From Octopus bimaculoides (Eukaryota): DNA of 36,677 bases. This document shows, piece by piece, positions 11,346-24,355 of the stretch; position 1 is the stretch's first letter; every line of letters begins with the position of its first letter. The DNA lies in assembly GCF_001194135.2 (NCBI RefSeq), contig NC_068982.1:162719005-162755681 (forward strand), given 5' to 3'. The position numbers and the translations under genes were made by a program. Below the pieces are notes generated by a model. The model had not been told where the DNA came from. It did no database searches and saw only the letters and a program-made list of their open reading frames with translations.

Positions 11346-12864
11346 CTGTAGTCAAGCTGAGGCACTGACTTGAAGGTTTTCATCAGTACTTATATTATTG
11401 ACATCAATTTATAAGATAGTTAAGTTACCTCTTGATGTAAAATGATGCAACATAATCCACTTCTGAACCTTCTAAATAGTTAAGCTAGTGAAAATTGAAG
11501 TAGTTCTTTAACACAATGAAAGAATTATCTCTAGAGAGACTTATGAAATCATCAACCTTGCCATGTGAAAGGAATCTTTTTAAGTATTATCAATGAGAGG
11601 TAGTGGTAATACTTAAACAAGGAACACTTGCAGTGTGGTGTAGTGAGAATGTTGGATGTTGGCATTAGAAAAGAAAATGCTCATCTAGGAAAGACTGGTA
11701 AGATTTAAAAGAATAAAGAATAGACAGTTGTGGTGGTCGAGACGAAAGAGTCGAAAGGTGACGATCATATATATTAGTATAAATCATTAAGATATAAAAT
11801 TTAAGATAGAAAAAATATCAGGAAGTTTATAGTCTGTGTTAAAAAATGGCAGTTTAACTGTGTACCCAAGCACTCCTTTTTCCAACTGTGTTTCAACCAT
11901 CCACTTTCTCCAGTTCTTGCTTGCTTCCCTCCCTTGTTCAGCTCTTTCTATAGAAATTTAGAAATGCCAGAGGTTCTGAATGAACATCACCTACATTGAC
12001 ATAATCAATATTGGAGAACTCTGTAAAAGTCAAGAGAACTAAATTTAATCATGTGACTTACTACTACCATCCAACCTTTGGAGTGCTTTTAGTGAAGTTT
12101 ATTGCAGCAAGCATTCAAACCAGGCCTCTAGTCTGAGAATAACTTGCTCAAGTTTTGCCACCTCCTATTATTGTACTAAACCAGGACACGTAGTTTCTTT
12201 AAAGTATGTTCCAATGTTTCTATGGTTAGTAGTCCAGGATAACTAAAACATTTTTATCAAGTATACAACAATACATGACACCATTAAGTACATCACCAAC
12301 TGGAGTTACATTTAAAAGCAAAATGTCTAAATTTTCTTTACAAGAAATGTATTACAGTTATAGCACTGAATCAATTAACTATTATATTTAACTATCATCT
12401 GAATGATGCAAAAATGAAAACAAAAAAAAAAGAAGAAAAAGATTTAAAGAACCGACGACAAAGGAAGCTAAGGAATTACAATTATTGATTAACAACAGGT
12501 AAAAGGATAAACATTGTCAGATAGAAGCTGTTTAGACTAGCTCTGTTGATATTTGATAAGAATATCTTTGATAGTATTAATAAGAGGTTAAAGGTTAGAG
12601 TTGATTGACAAGGGAGTTTTGTTGAAATAAATACAAGCATTAAATGTCTAAGAGGAGTTGTTAGCAAGGTTATCATTTCTCAGGCTATTACCCTCATCTA
12701 CAGTAGAAATGAAATCTATTAATATCTAAATTTACAGGTTTCAATTAGTTTTATCTCCAGGATGTATTCACAGTAGCAGGCTACAGCTTTTATCTGAATA
12801 TTCGAGATTTATAATAAAAAGAAGCTCTACTTCCTGCATTTAATATTGCAAAATAAACATCTAG

Positions 12865-13040
12865 AACATACAAGGCCTGATTCAACAAATCTATGATCAA
12901 AGGCATTTCAGCCGAGGTCATTCCATCTTTTTGTATATTAAAGATTACATTAGCTAATGTGTGCTTTCTTTTTCACCTGGTAAGGTATGACTTGAGAGAA
13001 ATTAGCTGTTATTTCTTGCAAGTCAAATGACTATAGAGAC
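12865..13040 (+). repeat. Short interspersed repeat; related pieces at about 15030-15120 and 18550-18640
   Basis: Shared gatcaaa...tcattccatctttt and gctgttatt...gcaagtc segments. Confidence 0.45.
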
Positions 13041-13789
13041 TTACACATTTGTAGTAGTTTTATTTATTTATGGTTATTCTTTAATAGCTTTATTTGTGAT
13101 TGTATGTTTAATCTTTACACTACCATCTCAACACAACATTTAAACAGTTTATTTGGTCATAGTTTCATAAATTAGTTCTTTTTGTCATCATACCACACCT
13201 TACCGGAGACTTAATCAGTAGCTCATAATGTACCATCAGCCTTATTACTAGATCCAAGCTCAGGTTTTCAAACCTAGTTTATTTAGCTGTAAATAATCCA
13301 ACACAGTAAGTACAATTTACAAGTCTCAATATTCAAAACCTTAATTCAGCACTGGATGAGTTGGAGAGTTGAAGGGCTGAGCCACATTGAGCTGTTTAGA
13401 TACAATATTGAATACAAAGTCTGCCAGCACACAAACAATCCGTTCATTATTATATTCAAGCTTGACATGAATTACTAATGTTAAATTTTGAAATGTCCAT
13501 CAAGCTAGCACAATCCCACCCTACAATGAATGCTCCTAATAAACAGAAAGCTCCTGCATTTCAAACTCCAAACATTTAGAAGTTTACTATATTACAGTTT
13601 TCACAATTCCTTCATGTTTTGTTGTGTAAAAGCTATCAGTCTTATATGTAGTGCATTCTCCAGTCTGGACAAGGAACATTCAGTTATTTGACCAACTGAA
13701 TTCTTATTTGTGAAATTAAGATGTAAACAGCTCCATGTTTCACAGATATATATACTCTTAAAGCAACTCCCAGCCGGATCAGTCTGACA

Positions 13790-13980
13790 CAATATGACAT
13801 GGTTGGATCTTTGAATGACAACTACAATCCCGAAAGAGATAAAAAAAAAAATCAGTCCAAGAACTGATACTTTATCAACTCCAAAAGGACAAAAGGTAAA
13901 GTTGGCCATAGCAAGATTCCAACTCAGAATGCGGAGAGCTGGAACAAATACTGCAAGCCATTCTAATACTAACAACCACC
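13790..13980 (-). mobile_element. tRNA-SINE with the cctttt-ggagttgataaagta core
   Basis: The reverse complement reads ttctgagttggaatcttgctatggccaactttaccttttgtccttttggagttgataaag. Same family as 19660, 23918, 29700 and 33090. Confidence 0.65.
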
Positions 13981-14552
13981 ATTTTGCTGCCATTGATGTT
14001 TATATAAAATGCTTTTAGTCTGCATCAAATATGAAACCATTTAAAATAAAAAATGAGTTTTGAGCCACTGCTTTAACATTGGTTTTTACCAGTCTTTTAC
14101 TGGTTTTTGATAGTTTTAGTTGACCATATCAATTCCAGTACTTATTTTTATTTTTCAAATCTAAGTGAAAGGGCATAAAGATATATAATACAAATAGCAC
14201 CAGTTTTCATTTCAATGTAAACATAGTCACAGCCATAGAGAGAGACACACACACACACACACACTAAAAACTTTTGCCTAGTCTCTATCAGTTAAATTCC
14301 ACTCCCAAGGTATTGGTAACATGGTAACATTAAAAACTAAAACTCAAATATTAAAACAATCTAAAATTAAGTAGAGCTCAGCAACTATGCGGTTTATTAG
14401 CTATCCACTAATTTTAATAACTGAACTATATTTGAGGATTCTACGTTAGTAAATGAGCAAGAATGCATATTAGAACAGTATTATCACAGAGGAACCAGTC
14501 TTGTTGGGACAAAAACAGTTCAAACTGAGTAATAATTTGGTAGCACGTGCAG

Positions 14553-14742
14553 GTGACACGTAAAAGCACCGACTACACTCTCTGAGTGGTTGGCATTAGG
14601 AAGGGCATCCAGCTGTAGAAACTCTGCCAAATTTAGATTGGAGCCTGGTGTTGCCATCTGGTTTCACCAGTCCTCAGTCAAGTCGTCCAACCCATGCTAG
14701 CATGGAAAGCAGACGTTAAACGATGATGATGATGATGATGAT
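14553..14742 (+). mobile_element. Young RTE-3'-end SINE-like copy with (GAT)n tail
   Basis: Near-identical to 34960-35128 and to the reverse complement of 18657-18841. Confidence 0.9.
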
Positions 14743-15471
14743 CCAAAGAGAGAATAAAATTCATTTAACTGTAGAGCTTTTTTTTTTCCTTTTCAAAATC
14801 ACATTTTGTCAGTGAAAGTTACAGTAGAAATACTCAAATGACAAAATAGGTATGCTGACAGAGATTTTCATTAGCAAAGCTTTCTTTAAAATAATGTAAT
14901 ATTTGTAAGTTGGTGTTTTAATCATCAGGTGTTTCCTTTCTAGCATGTTGTTTAGTCCCAGGTTAGCTTTGACTGAGCAAGGCAACCTATCATTTATTTT
15001 GGCACAGGTATCAAGGACTACATTAGTCAATGTAGCTGCCATTTTTAAGCCAGTAGAGTGAAGCCCGAGGATGATCTGGCTGTTATTACAAGCAAGTCGA
15101 GTAATTACATAGACTTACCCTAGTTAGTTAATGTTTATATCATAGAAACATTAGAGGCACCCATCTTTGCAAATTTCAATTCATTGCTTCATTTGGAAAT
15201 TGCTACTTTTCATTAAGAACTTGTGGCTTTCAAAGCAAAAAGATGAAAGCTCTTAGGTTTATTTTTGGAATCTCAGTAATTAAGAGAAAATGTTGGCCTT
15301 GACAGCTATAAAACGATATAATTAACAGTAATGAAATGTAGAACCAGAAGGAATAAGAGCGATATTATTTAACTATGATAAAGAAAATGTCACCAGTAGT
15401 CTTTCACGAAAGAAAATGAAACTTGGTCAATTCCAGGAAAGTAAGATTAAAATTGTACAAGAGAAACTTAC

Positions 15472-15574
15472 CAGTGTTACTTTTAAAATGTTCTGACTCT
15501 TGATAGCTAGGTGGTGGTCCTGTATATGTTGGCATAAACCCACCAGGTTGGTTGGGTGCTGACGGGACAGACAT
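15472..15574 (-). CDS. BRI3: BRI3 homologue, first coding exon: MSVPSAPNQPGGFMPTYTGPPPSYQESEHFKSNT(G)
   Basis: Acceptor tttttgttag (exon starts at 15579), 5 nt of UTR, ATG at 15574, donor G|gtaagt. Phase 1 matches the next exon. It carries the PPSY motif and gives a 121-aa total. Confidence 0.85.
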
Positions 15575-16003
15575 GTTTACTAACAAAAATAACAACAACA
15601 AACCTGTTAGTACATACCAAATAAAAAAATATAAAAAAACTAGGAGTGTTTTTCTAACATTAAAAACATTGTAAGAATTAAATTACATGCAGAACAACTA
15701 GTTTAAAAATGTATTCGGCTATCGATATTTCGCGCAAAATTCTATCTTGAAAAGTAAGTTGCAAAAGTTTTAAATTCCTAAAACTATTTTCACCTTTAAA
15801 ATTAATACTTCAATCATCCAGTTTATATTTTAGTTTTAAGCAATGAAGTAATTTCAAAGTCCTCATAGGTTCTTTAATTTCGAATTAACTCCATTTGGAG
15901 TTTGAGGAGGATGTGTGCTTTTTTTAAAAAGTATGTTAAGTATCTTTAAATAATGGATACAACAAAATAAAAACTGTTTGCATCCAGGTGGGTTATTTTA
16001 ACT

Positions 16004-16161
16004 NNNNNNNNNNNNNNNNNNNNNNNNNNNNNNNNNNNNNNNNNNNNNNNNNNNNNNNNNNNNNNNNNNNNNNNNNNNNNNNNNNNNNNNNNNNNNNNNN
16101 NNNNNNNNNNNNNNNNNNNNNNNNNNNNNNNNNNNNNNNNNNNNNNNNNNNNNNNNNNNNN
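16004..16161. other. Assembly gap (158 N) flanked by an exact 53-bp duplication
   Basis: 15951-16003 equals 16162-16214. Confidence 0.95.
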
Positions 16162-16214
16162 TAATGGATACAACAAAATAAAAACTGTTTGCATCCAGGT
16201 GGGTTATTTTAACT

Positions 16215-16731
16215 ATAGGCGTGTTTGATCATGACTCGTTAGAAACGGCCAAAATTCCAGCAATTTAGATGTGAAGTTATTTAAACCCTGCTAAACTGAA
16301 GCAATAAGAAGAAATTGACAATAAACGCTGGAATGTAATTATTTTTAACCTCCATAAAATTTTAGAACTTACAAAAACTCCTCTCTTACTTTCAAAAACT
16401 GCGTTGTTAACGAGACTAATTGGTTAAGAAATATTATATTTTATCTTTCTCTCACACACAGATACCCTTTCCAGCGCAAAACTAAAACGAAATAGACGGC
16501 TAGTTTAATAAAACGTAACGAATTACGTGTTATTTCGCAGTTGAAATTAACTTAAGTGGGTCAAATTAGCAACAATACTGAAAATTCTTTCTTTGACGCT
16601 AACACTTATTTATTGATACAATAACTGTTACAAAAACAGATTTACAGGAAGTGTGGGGATATATAAACATGGTTATATACAGTTATAAAAAACGAGAGGT
16701 GGGGCAAAAATGTCAAGTGGATATTCTAAAC

Positions 16732-16779
<48 letters not shown>

Positions 16780-17900
16780 TAAACTTTTATATGAAAAAAA
16801 TACTCACAAAACTAAAATAAGTATCATTACAGTTATTTTTAGACTATTTTTCTTATATTTATTTAAAAAGCCATTTGTGCTGGCTGAGATAACAAAACAG
16901 GCATGCAAATGCAATTATTACGAGGAAATTACTGACGGTTTCTGAGGCCAGCAAAAGCAATAAAACCGAGTGAAAAGATTGTCTCATGGAATATAATAAT
17001 GGAAACATTGTTTAGTTTCAGGGTCATCATGGACTAATACTGTGGCTGGGTCAAGCGACAAATTTGACCGGTTCCAATCCACAATACTATACACATACAT
17101 AGCCATCACCAGACCACTGATCTAATGTCCAGCTACTGAATTCAATTGATAACAAAACTATTGACAAGTTTCAGCCAAGCTGGACAGGTGCGGTCACATA
17201 TTTTTCAGTCAGCTGTTTCTTTCACAAGATGTCCACAGATTTCACAATTGTTAAGCTAATCAACTAACAAGACACATCTTCATAGAGAAAGTATTGCAAT
17301 GGAAAGTGAATCACATAATTCAAGACAATATAGATATTTCAATATAGAAAGACCAACAACGAGAACGCATATAACACACACACACACACACACAAACTAA
17401 TAGTTGAGAGAAGAGAAAGGGATCGTTGATAAAATGTGAAAAGTCTTACAATGTCTTCAGAGAAGTTGGTCCCAGAGAGATGAATGGATGTGAGTGTCTG
17501 CCAGTAATGAAAAAGTGTCAGTCAATGTGTCCGATGATGAGAGAAGCAATGTTGAGTGTATCTGATGTCGAAACTTCCCTAGGATATTACTATAGATTGC
17601 TGACTTGCAGCTGTTCTGTTGAGTAAGAAAATAGAATGACCCAAGGCCGGGGCCACAGGAAGCCTGAGTTTGTAAAAGACCAGGAGACAGCAATGGGTTA
17701 TGGTAGACAGTATCACATTAATCTATAGAGAACGAAGACAGTGTGACATCAATATATATAGAAATGAGATAGTGTGACATCAGTATATATATAGTTGAAA
17801 TAAAACAAGGCGACAAGTCCTATGATTCTCTGACGTCATAGCATCACAAGATTCTTTAGTAGAGCAAATACGGAAAGCCGTCGTTTCGTATAATTTCTAC
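16215..17900. promoter_or_regulatory. Probable BRI3 promoter and 5' UTR region (CpG-retaining, TE-poor)
   Basis: 14 CpG in 16215-16600 against about 3 in 3300-4900. Minus-strand donor candidates: GTAAGT (16372), GTAAGA (16389, 17449). CRE TGACGTCA at 17831-17838. Confidence 0.55.
16735..16773. repeat. (AT)n microsatellite
   Basis: Direct reading. Confidence 0.95.
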
Positions 17901-18656
17901 ACAACTCTTGCAACATATTATGTAATTTTAAAATTAACTTTTGTTCATATATATTTAAATTACAGTTATTTTTCACTAGTATTTAACTGATTCCAGTTAA
18001 TTTTTCGTCCATTTTTTTTCGTGCTTTTCTCCCTTTAATATTAATATTTATTCCAATTTTTTTTCCGTATTTTACCCACAGAATAAATCATGTAATCTTA
18101 TAGTACTGTCTAACTGTGCCCTAGACTTGGTGCTGAACTCGTTTATTACATTTTTGCCTACACTCCAAACACCACACTTTGTCCAGACTTAATACTTCCA
18201 TGGTGCTATATTCTATTCAGTCTAACTGCTTTATCTAGCTATACGCTCCAGATTCTAAGCTTCAGTCACGCTGCCATACTCTAGTCAGTCGAAGCGTTTA
18301 GAGTTGCAGTGCTATTTCCTTATAACAGACCTTATAATTTAGTCATGGGCTCAATGTGTATAATACATTGAACACCTTTCGGTTGGAAAAATCTTAATGA
18401 GCTACTTAACAGCATCATTCACCCACACAATGTTCCCTCATGACAGATAAAGAAATGAGATTAAAAAAGGTGAACGACGTTGTCGACTAATACCGAAAGG
18501 TTACTTTTTTTAGTTTTAATTAATTTGTTCTGAGAAAAGATACTATACTGGTGTTGTTTAGCCTCAAGACTGCCTTGGTTGATTAAACTTGTGATCAAAA
18601 GTTGTCATGGTCATTTCATCTTTTTCAGGAGTATCTATAACTATATAAACCAATGT

Positions 18657-19375
18657 CATCATCATCATCATCATCGTTTAACGTCCGCTTTCCATGCTAG
18701 CATGGGTTGGACGATTTGACTGAGGACTGGTGAAACCGGATGGCAACACCAGGCTCCAGTCTGATTTGGCAGAGTTTCTACAGCTGGATGCCCTTCCTAA
18801 CGCCAACCACTCAGAGAGTGTAGTGGGTGCTTTTACGTGTCNNNNNNNNNNNNNNNNNNNNNNNNNNNNNNNNNNNNNNNNNNNNNNNNNNNNNNNNNNN
18901 NNNNNNNNNNNNNNNNNNNNNNNNNNNNNNNNNNNNNNNNNNNNNNNNNNNNNNNNNNNNNNNNNNNNNNNNNNNNNNNNNNNNNNNNNNNNNNNNNNNN
19001 NNNNNNNNNNNNNNNNNNNNNNNNNNNNNNNNNNNNNNNNNNNNNCCCGCACAAGCCAGTCCAGGGGCACTGGCAACGATCTCGCTCGAAAATCCTACAG
19101 GAGCCAGTCAGGCGGTACTGGCAACGGCCACGCTCAAAATGGTGCGTCTCATGTGCCACCCGCACAAGAACCAGTCCAGGGGCACTGGCAACGATCTTAC
19201 TTGGCTTGCCGGGTCTTCTCACGCACAGCACATTTCCAAAGGTCTCGGTCAGTAGTCATCGCCTCGGTGAGGCCCAATGTACGAAGGTCTTGCCTCACCA
19301 CCTCAGCCCAGGTCTTCCTGGGCCTACCTCTTCCACGGGTTCCCTCAACTGTTAGGGCTTTTTTAAAGACAGCAG
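18657..19375 (-). mobile_element. Young 5'-truncated RTE 3' fragment with internal minisatellite; contains gap 18842-19045
   Basis: ORF tail LTVEGTRGRGRPRKTWAEVVRQDLRTLGLTEAMTTDRDLWKCAVREKTRQAK*, CpGs intact, (GAT)n tail. Confidence 0.9.
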
Positions 19376-19659
19376 GTTGTGATTTTAGAGAATTTTGGTT
19401 GCTGTTTCTAACAACCACTAAGTAATCGTACTAATGAACGACTGCACCGAAATTTCATTGTTGGCTTGAGAAATGATGGAATTAGTGTCGTGAATGCAAT
19501 GAAACATAAACTCCATTTGCTAAGAACATACTACTCCTCTATCTTACAAGGTTCACCACCTACAGCTTTCATATAACTTCACTGTGTAAAACAGCTAGAT
19601 AGCTGTTGACTGCTCCGCCTTCGATGCTACTGCTTGTGATAGTAGAGCAAGGGACAAAG

Positions 19660-19770
19660 TGCATGCAATATTTAGTTATGGCCCTTTATGGTTTGAGTTC
19701 AAATTCCATCAAGGTCAATTTTACCTTTCACTCTCTTGAGATGGATAAAATATATCAGTCAAGTACTGCA
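19660..19770 (+). mobile_element. tRNA-SINE fragment
   Basis: tgagttcaaattccatcaaggtcaattttacctttcactctcttgagatggataaaa (B-box plus core). Confidence 0.6.
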
Positions 19771-21297
19771 ATTGTTTTGTGTGCACACACATTTTTCAAC
19801 TTGCACACAAAAGAAATTAACTCTTTGAACAAAGGCTTCGGAACATGGGGTGCAAGCACACCCCCTAAACCTTTTGTGGGGTAATGATAACACTTTGAAC
19901 CTGGGTTGCACTCCCTCAGCAAATTTGTCCCTGTACTTATGCCTATGAATCGATGAGTACATTTTAGCAGGTGTGATTTCATTTGAGTATTCTAGAAAAC
20001 GAAAGAGCAGGCAGCTTCTTTTGTGCTTACGGCTGACAATAATGATGTTTCTGCTAATTAGTGAGTTGTAAACACATAACCATGTGGTAACCGCTTTTTC
20101 GTCTTCCAAGAGTATAAGCCAAATGAAATTATGCTTGCTAAAATGCATGAAATTTGAAGTCTAAAGTAATTGATAATTATACATAGTTTTGTGACAAGAA
20201 CAAAAAATTTCACATGAGATTTTTTTGTTTACATTGCATTAAAACTTATATTGGTCTCTTAGATAGATGTAGTGGAATTAGGACAAGACTAAGAGTAAAA
20301 TTCTGGAGAGATGAAAAATGAATTTGAATCCAATGGAATTCCAACTTGCAGGAACAAAAAGATTGTTCAGATAGTACAATAGATTCAATTACCCTGGAGT
20401 GAAGAATGTAAAATTTTGGACTCTCTCTTTGTTTGAAAGGGGAGAGCATTGTCACTTTGTTCAGTCAAAGAACAAAAGCTCAAGACAGGTTATTCACTCC
20501 CCATGGCAACTGAATTAAATGAACTCTTTTAAAAACTTACACGCAGATAAATTGTAATCAACACAGACCATCACTGGCTTTTTTAGGCTTCTAGATTTTA
20601 CCTTATTGGAAACAGCTGACTCCCATCCAGTTATACTGCTGGTCACTCTAAATAGTTTAACAGCACACCAAACAATAACCCAGAATTTTTAAGTCCTGGC
20701 GCTTGCTCGATAGCTGTTGACTCTACGCTGGGTTAATCTATTCTTTTGATGGGTATCTAACCACCCTTACCCTTAGGTAAACTTGGTGTGGGAAGCCAGT
20801 TTAGTTGCCTACAAGCCAACCGTGCAGCAAGTTGTACTGGTTTAGATGTTATTAGTAGCACACGTGAGTGACCTGACATAAATTACAAAAATAGAGAATG
20901 AATTAAAACCACTAATCTAAAATTTTCTGTAATGCAATTATAGAATTTTAACAATAGAAGAAAAGGAAAACATTTTTTTCTAACTCTGACAATGTATGTC
21001 ACTGGATAAATTGTTGGGAAAAGGATAAGGCAATAATATACACTAGAAATAACTCAAAAACCAGCTTTTGGAGAGATTGGTGAAGTTATATGTATAGATT
21101 GGACAGCTTGAGAAGATTAATCTTTGTACCAATGGTGGTAATGGTTGTAGTGATAATATGTGCAACTTAGAGTTGAAGAAATGGAGGTTACAGATATGTA
21201 ATTGCTTGCATTTAATGTGCAGTGTGTGTGTATGTGTGTGTTGTCATCAAACTGTCAGAGTCATGCTTTGTGGTTCTGGCTTCCTGCATTGTATTCA

Positions 21298-23917
21298 TTA
21301 TCATCATCATCGTTTAAAGTTCGTTTTCCTTGCTGGCATGGGTTGGAAAGTTCAGCTGGGGTCTGGGAAGCGAGGAGGCTGCACCAAGCCCCAATCTGAT
21401 CTGGCAATATTTCTACTGCTCGATGCCCTTCCTAATGCCAACTACTCCAAAAGTGAGTGGGTGCTTTTTACATGCCTCCAGCACAGGGGCCAGGGGAGCT
21501 GGCATCAGCCACTATCAGATGGTGCTTTTTATGTGCCACTAGCATGGAAGCCAGTCAAGGCGGCACTGGCATCAGCCATGTTCAGATGGTGCTTTTTATG
21601 TGCCACTGGCATGGAAGCCAGTCAAGGCGGCACTGGCATCAGCCATGTTCAGANNNNNNNNNNGTCAAGGCGGCACTGGCATCAGCCATGTTCAGATGGT
21701 GCTTTTTATGTGCCACTGGCATGGAAGCCAGTCAAGGCGGCACTGGCATCAGCCATGTTCAGATGGTGCTTTTTACGTGCCACTGGTACGGGGGTCACAT
21801 CAACAATTTCTATTTGATTGTAATTTGATTTGATTTTGATATTGATGTTGATGTTGATCTACTTGATTCAATAGGTCTCCTCAAGCACAGCATGTTGCCC
21901 TATAATCCAAGGTACTTTTGAGTAGGCTGGTTATGTGACACTGGTTTGGTTACAGCTGTGAACTCACTTTATTTGTCGGGTCTTCCCAGTCACAGCATAC
22001 CTCCAGAGGTCTCCGTCTTTTGTCATTGCCTCTGCGAAGCCCAATGTTCAAAGGTCATGCTTCACCACCTCATCCCAAGTCTTCCTGGGTTTCCCTCTTC
22101 CCCAGATTCCTTCCACTGTTTGGGAGTGGCAATTCTTCACACAGCTCTCCTCGTCCATCTGCAGTACATGACCATACCAATGCAAACATCTCTCTTGCAT
22201 GCCACGTCCGATGCTTTTTATGTCTAACATTTCTCTCAGGGCGCTTACACCTGGTTGTGTGTGCACACTGACATTACACACCTAGTAGATCATGCTAGCT
22301 TCATTTCTTTCGAGCCTATGCATGTCATCAGCAGTCACTGTCCATGTTTCACTGCCATGAAGCATGGCAGTTCACACACTTGCATCATACAATCTACCTT
22401 TCACTCTGAGCAAGAGGCCCTTTGTCACCAGTAGGGGTAGAAGCTTTCTGAACTTTGCCCAGGCTATTCGTATTCTAGTGACAACACTCTCTGAGCATCC
22501 ACCCCCACTACTAACTTGGTCACCTAGGTAGTGGAAACTATTAACTACTTCTAGTTTCTTCCCCTGGCATGTGATGGAATCTGTTTTCTGAGCACCTGTC
22601 ATGTTTATTGCCCCTGTGCATTGGCCACACATGAAAGCTATCTTCCTTTGATGTTGCTGCACCTATGTGTCTATAGCGTATACTGGGTACATCTTATGGA
22701 GTTTCTACCTACACCTTTTCTACAGATCAAGCAGGGCCACCTACCTGAAGAGGTGTGTGATGTGTTTACCTTCCTACTTACTAGAACTTTGGTCTTTGCA
22801 ACATTGACTCTAAGGCCCTTCAATTCTAGACCTTGCTTCCACATCTGAAATTTCTTCTCTAGTTCTGGTAGTGATTCTGCTATGAGGACCAGGTCATCAG
22901 CATAGAGGAGCTCCCAGGGGCAACCTGTCTTGAATTCCTCTGTTATTGCCTGGAGGATTATGATGAATAGGAGGGGGCTGAGGGCTGATCCTTGGTGGAC
23001 CCCTACTTCTACCTGGAATTCTTCACTATACTCATTGCTGATCCTAACCCTACTAAAGACATCTCTGTATAGGGCCTGTACAACCCTTATTAACCATTCG
23101 TCAATCCCCAGTTTCCACATCGCCCACCAGATAAGGGATTGGGGGACCCTGTCAAAGGCATTTTCCAAGTCCACAAAAGCCAAATATAGGGGCTTATCTT
23201 TGGCTAGGTATTTCTCCTGCAGTTGTCGTACCAGGAATATAGCATCAGTGGTGCTTCTGTGTGGCACAAAACCGAACTGCATCTCATCTAAGCAGACTCT
23301 CTCCCTAATTAGTTGGTCTATGACCTTCATCACCTGATCCAGCAGTTTGATACCTCTGTAGTTATTTCTGTCTGAAGCATTACCTTTACCTTTGTAGCAG
23401 TTGACTATGGTGCTGCTACGCCAGTCATTGGGTATGACTCCATCATGAACTACCTGGTTTACAATATGGGTGACTAGGCTATAGCCCACACCACCAGATG
23501 TTTTAAGCATCTCAGCAATGATTCCTGCTGGGCCGGGGGCTTTTCCTGGCTCCATACCCTTAATTGCTTTGGATAGCTGGTCCCTCTACTGGATCAACAT
23601 TTGGCAGGCTCTCCTCCTCCCATTCATTCTCCACGTTCAGCAGTCTTTCATAATGGCTTCTCCAAGTCTCTTTCTTTTCCAAATCATTAAAAGCAAGTGC
23701 ACCATCTTCCATGCAGACACATTTCTCTCCTGTGACATCACAATTTTCTCTCTCACACTGTCTTGCAATCTGAAATACCTCAGTTCTTTGGTCCTCGCGT
23801 CGCTGGACATTGGCAAACTTCTTCTTTTCTGCTTTGCCTTGGCTATGTATACCTGTCGCCCTGCCTCCCTTTTGGCTATCTGGTATGGTTCCTTGCTACT
23901 CCCACCCTTCCAGGCTT
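21298..23917 (-). mobile_element. RTE-clade LINE, 5'-truncated, ~2.6 kb, best preserved copy; 3' UTR holds a 67-bp minisatellite and a 10-N gap
   Basis: Continuous from the (GAT)n tail through the 3' UTR to the RT ORF. Confidence 0.93.
22671..23555 (-). pseudogene. RTE reverse transcriptase ORF remnant (294 aa)
   Basis: KAPGPAGI, NNYRGIKLL, QFGFVPHRSTTDAIF, AFVDLENAFD, GVHQGSALSPLLF, LLYADDLVL. Flanked by a frameshift and stops. Confidence 0.93.
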
Positions 23918-23985
23918 TAAATTCTGCACAGGTTGACTTTGCCTTTTATTGTTTCGGGGTCATTTATAAAGTATCAATCGAGGAT
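23918..23985 (+). mobile_element. tRNA-SINE core fragment
   Basis: aaattctgcacaggttgactttgccttttattgtttcggggtcatttataaagta. Confidence 0.6.
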
Positions 23986-24059
23986 GGTAAATTGTCAAAA
24001 TGTTAGATAGATGAAGATGCTTTGCAGCATGTTTTGGCATGCCTCCTTCACTAAAAAAA

Positions 24060-24355
24060 GAAAAAAAGATGCTTCCTAACTACATGGTTTCAAGGTTAGT
24101 CTCACTGGGTGGTACTTTAGACAAGGGGCTTCTACTACAGCCCTGGGGCAACCAAAGCATAGTGAGTGGATTTTGAAGATAGAAACTGAAGGTAACTTGT
24201 TATAATTGTGTGTGTGTGTGTTTTACTGTCTCTTTCTTTAACATCATATAATAGTTGGAAGCAAGTTTCAGCATCATTCGAGTGATGTCCTTTATTTCCT
24301 ATCTTTGGAGACATGCCTGATCATGAGGAAATATTACTTTTTAGCTGAAACAGGG
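24060..24355 (+). mobile_element. Octopod tRNA-SINE (degraded) with internal (TG)n
   Basis: cttcctaactacatggtttcaaggttagtc...cttctactacagcc...gtgagtggatttt...gaaactgaag. Confidence 0.65.

Noticed and set aside
13601-14018. 130-aa and 67-aa ORFs
   Set aside because: They overlap a tRNA-SINE and show no protein motif.
15340-15500. Plus-strand open stretch with a GTAAGA donor at 15441
   Set aside because: No acceptor or start, no recognisable protein, and it is antisense to the BRI3 exon.
17426-17693. Coding-like purine-rich stretch and two short ORFs
   Set aside because: No family motif in any frame; more likely 5' UTR or promoter sequence.
18678-19425. ORFs of 132-231 aa
   Set aside because: Artefacts of reading through Ns and the minisatellite; only the RTE C-terminal tail is real.
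19590-20722. 8-bp hairpin at 19590 and a 14-mer shared with 20709-20722
   Set aside because: Too short, with no extendable homology or TIR/TSD structure.
21158-21833. 219-aa and 123-aa ORFs with repeated peptides
   Set aside because: Translation of the 67-bp minisatellite in a LINE 3' UTR, spanning a gap.
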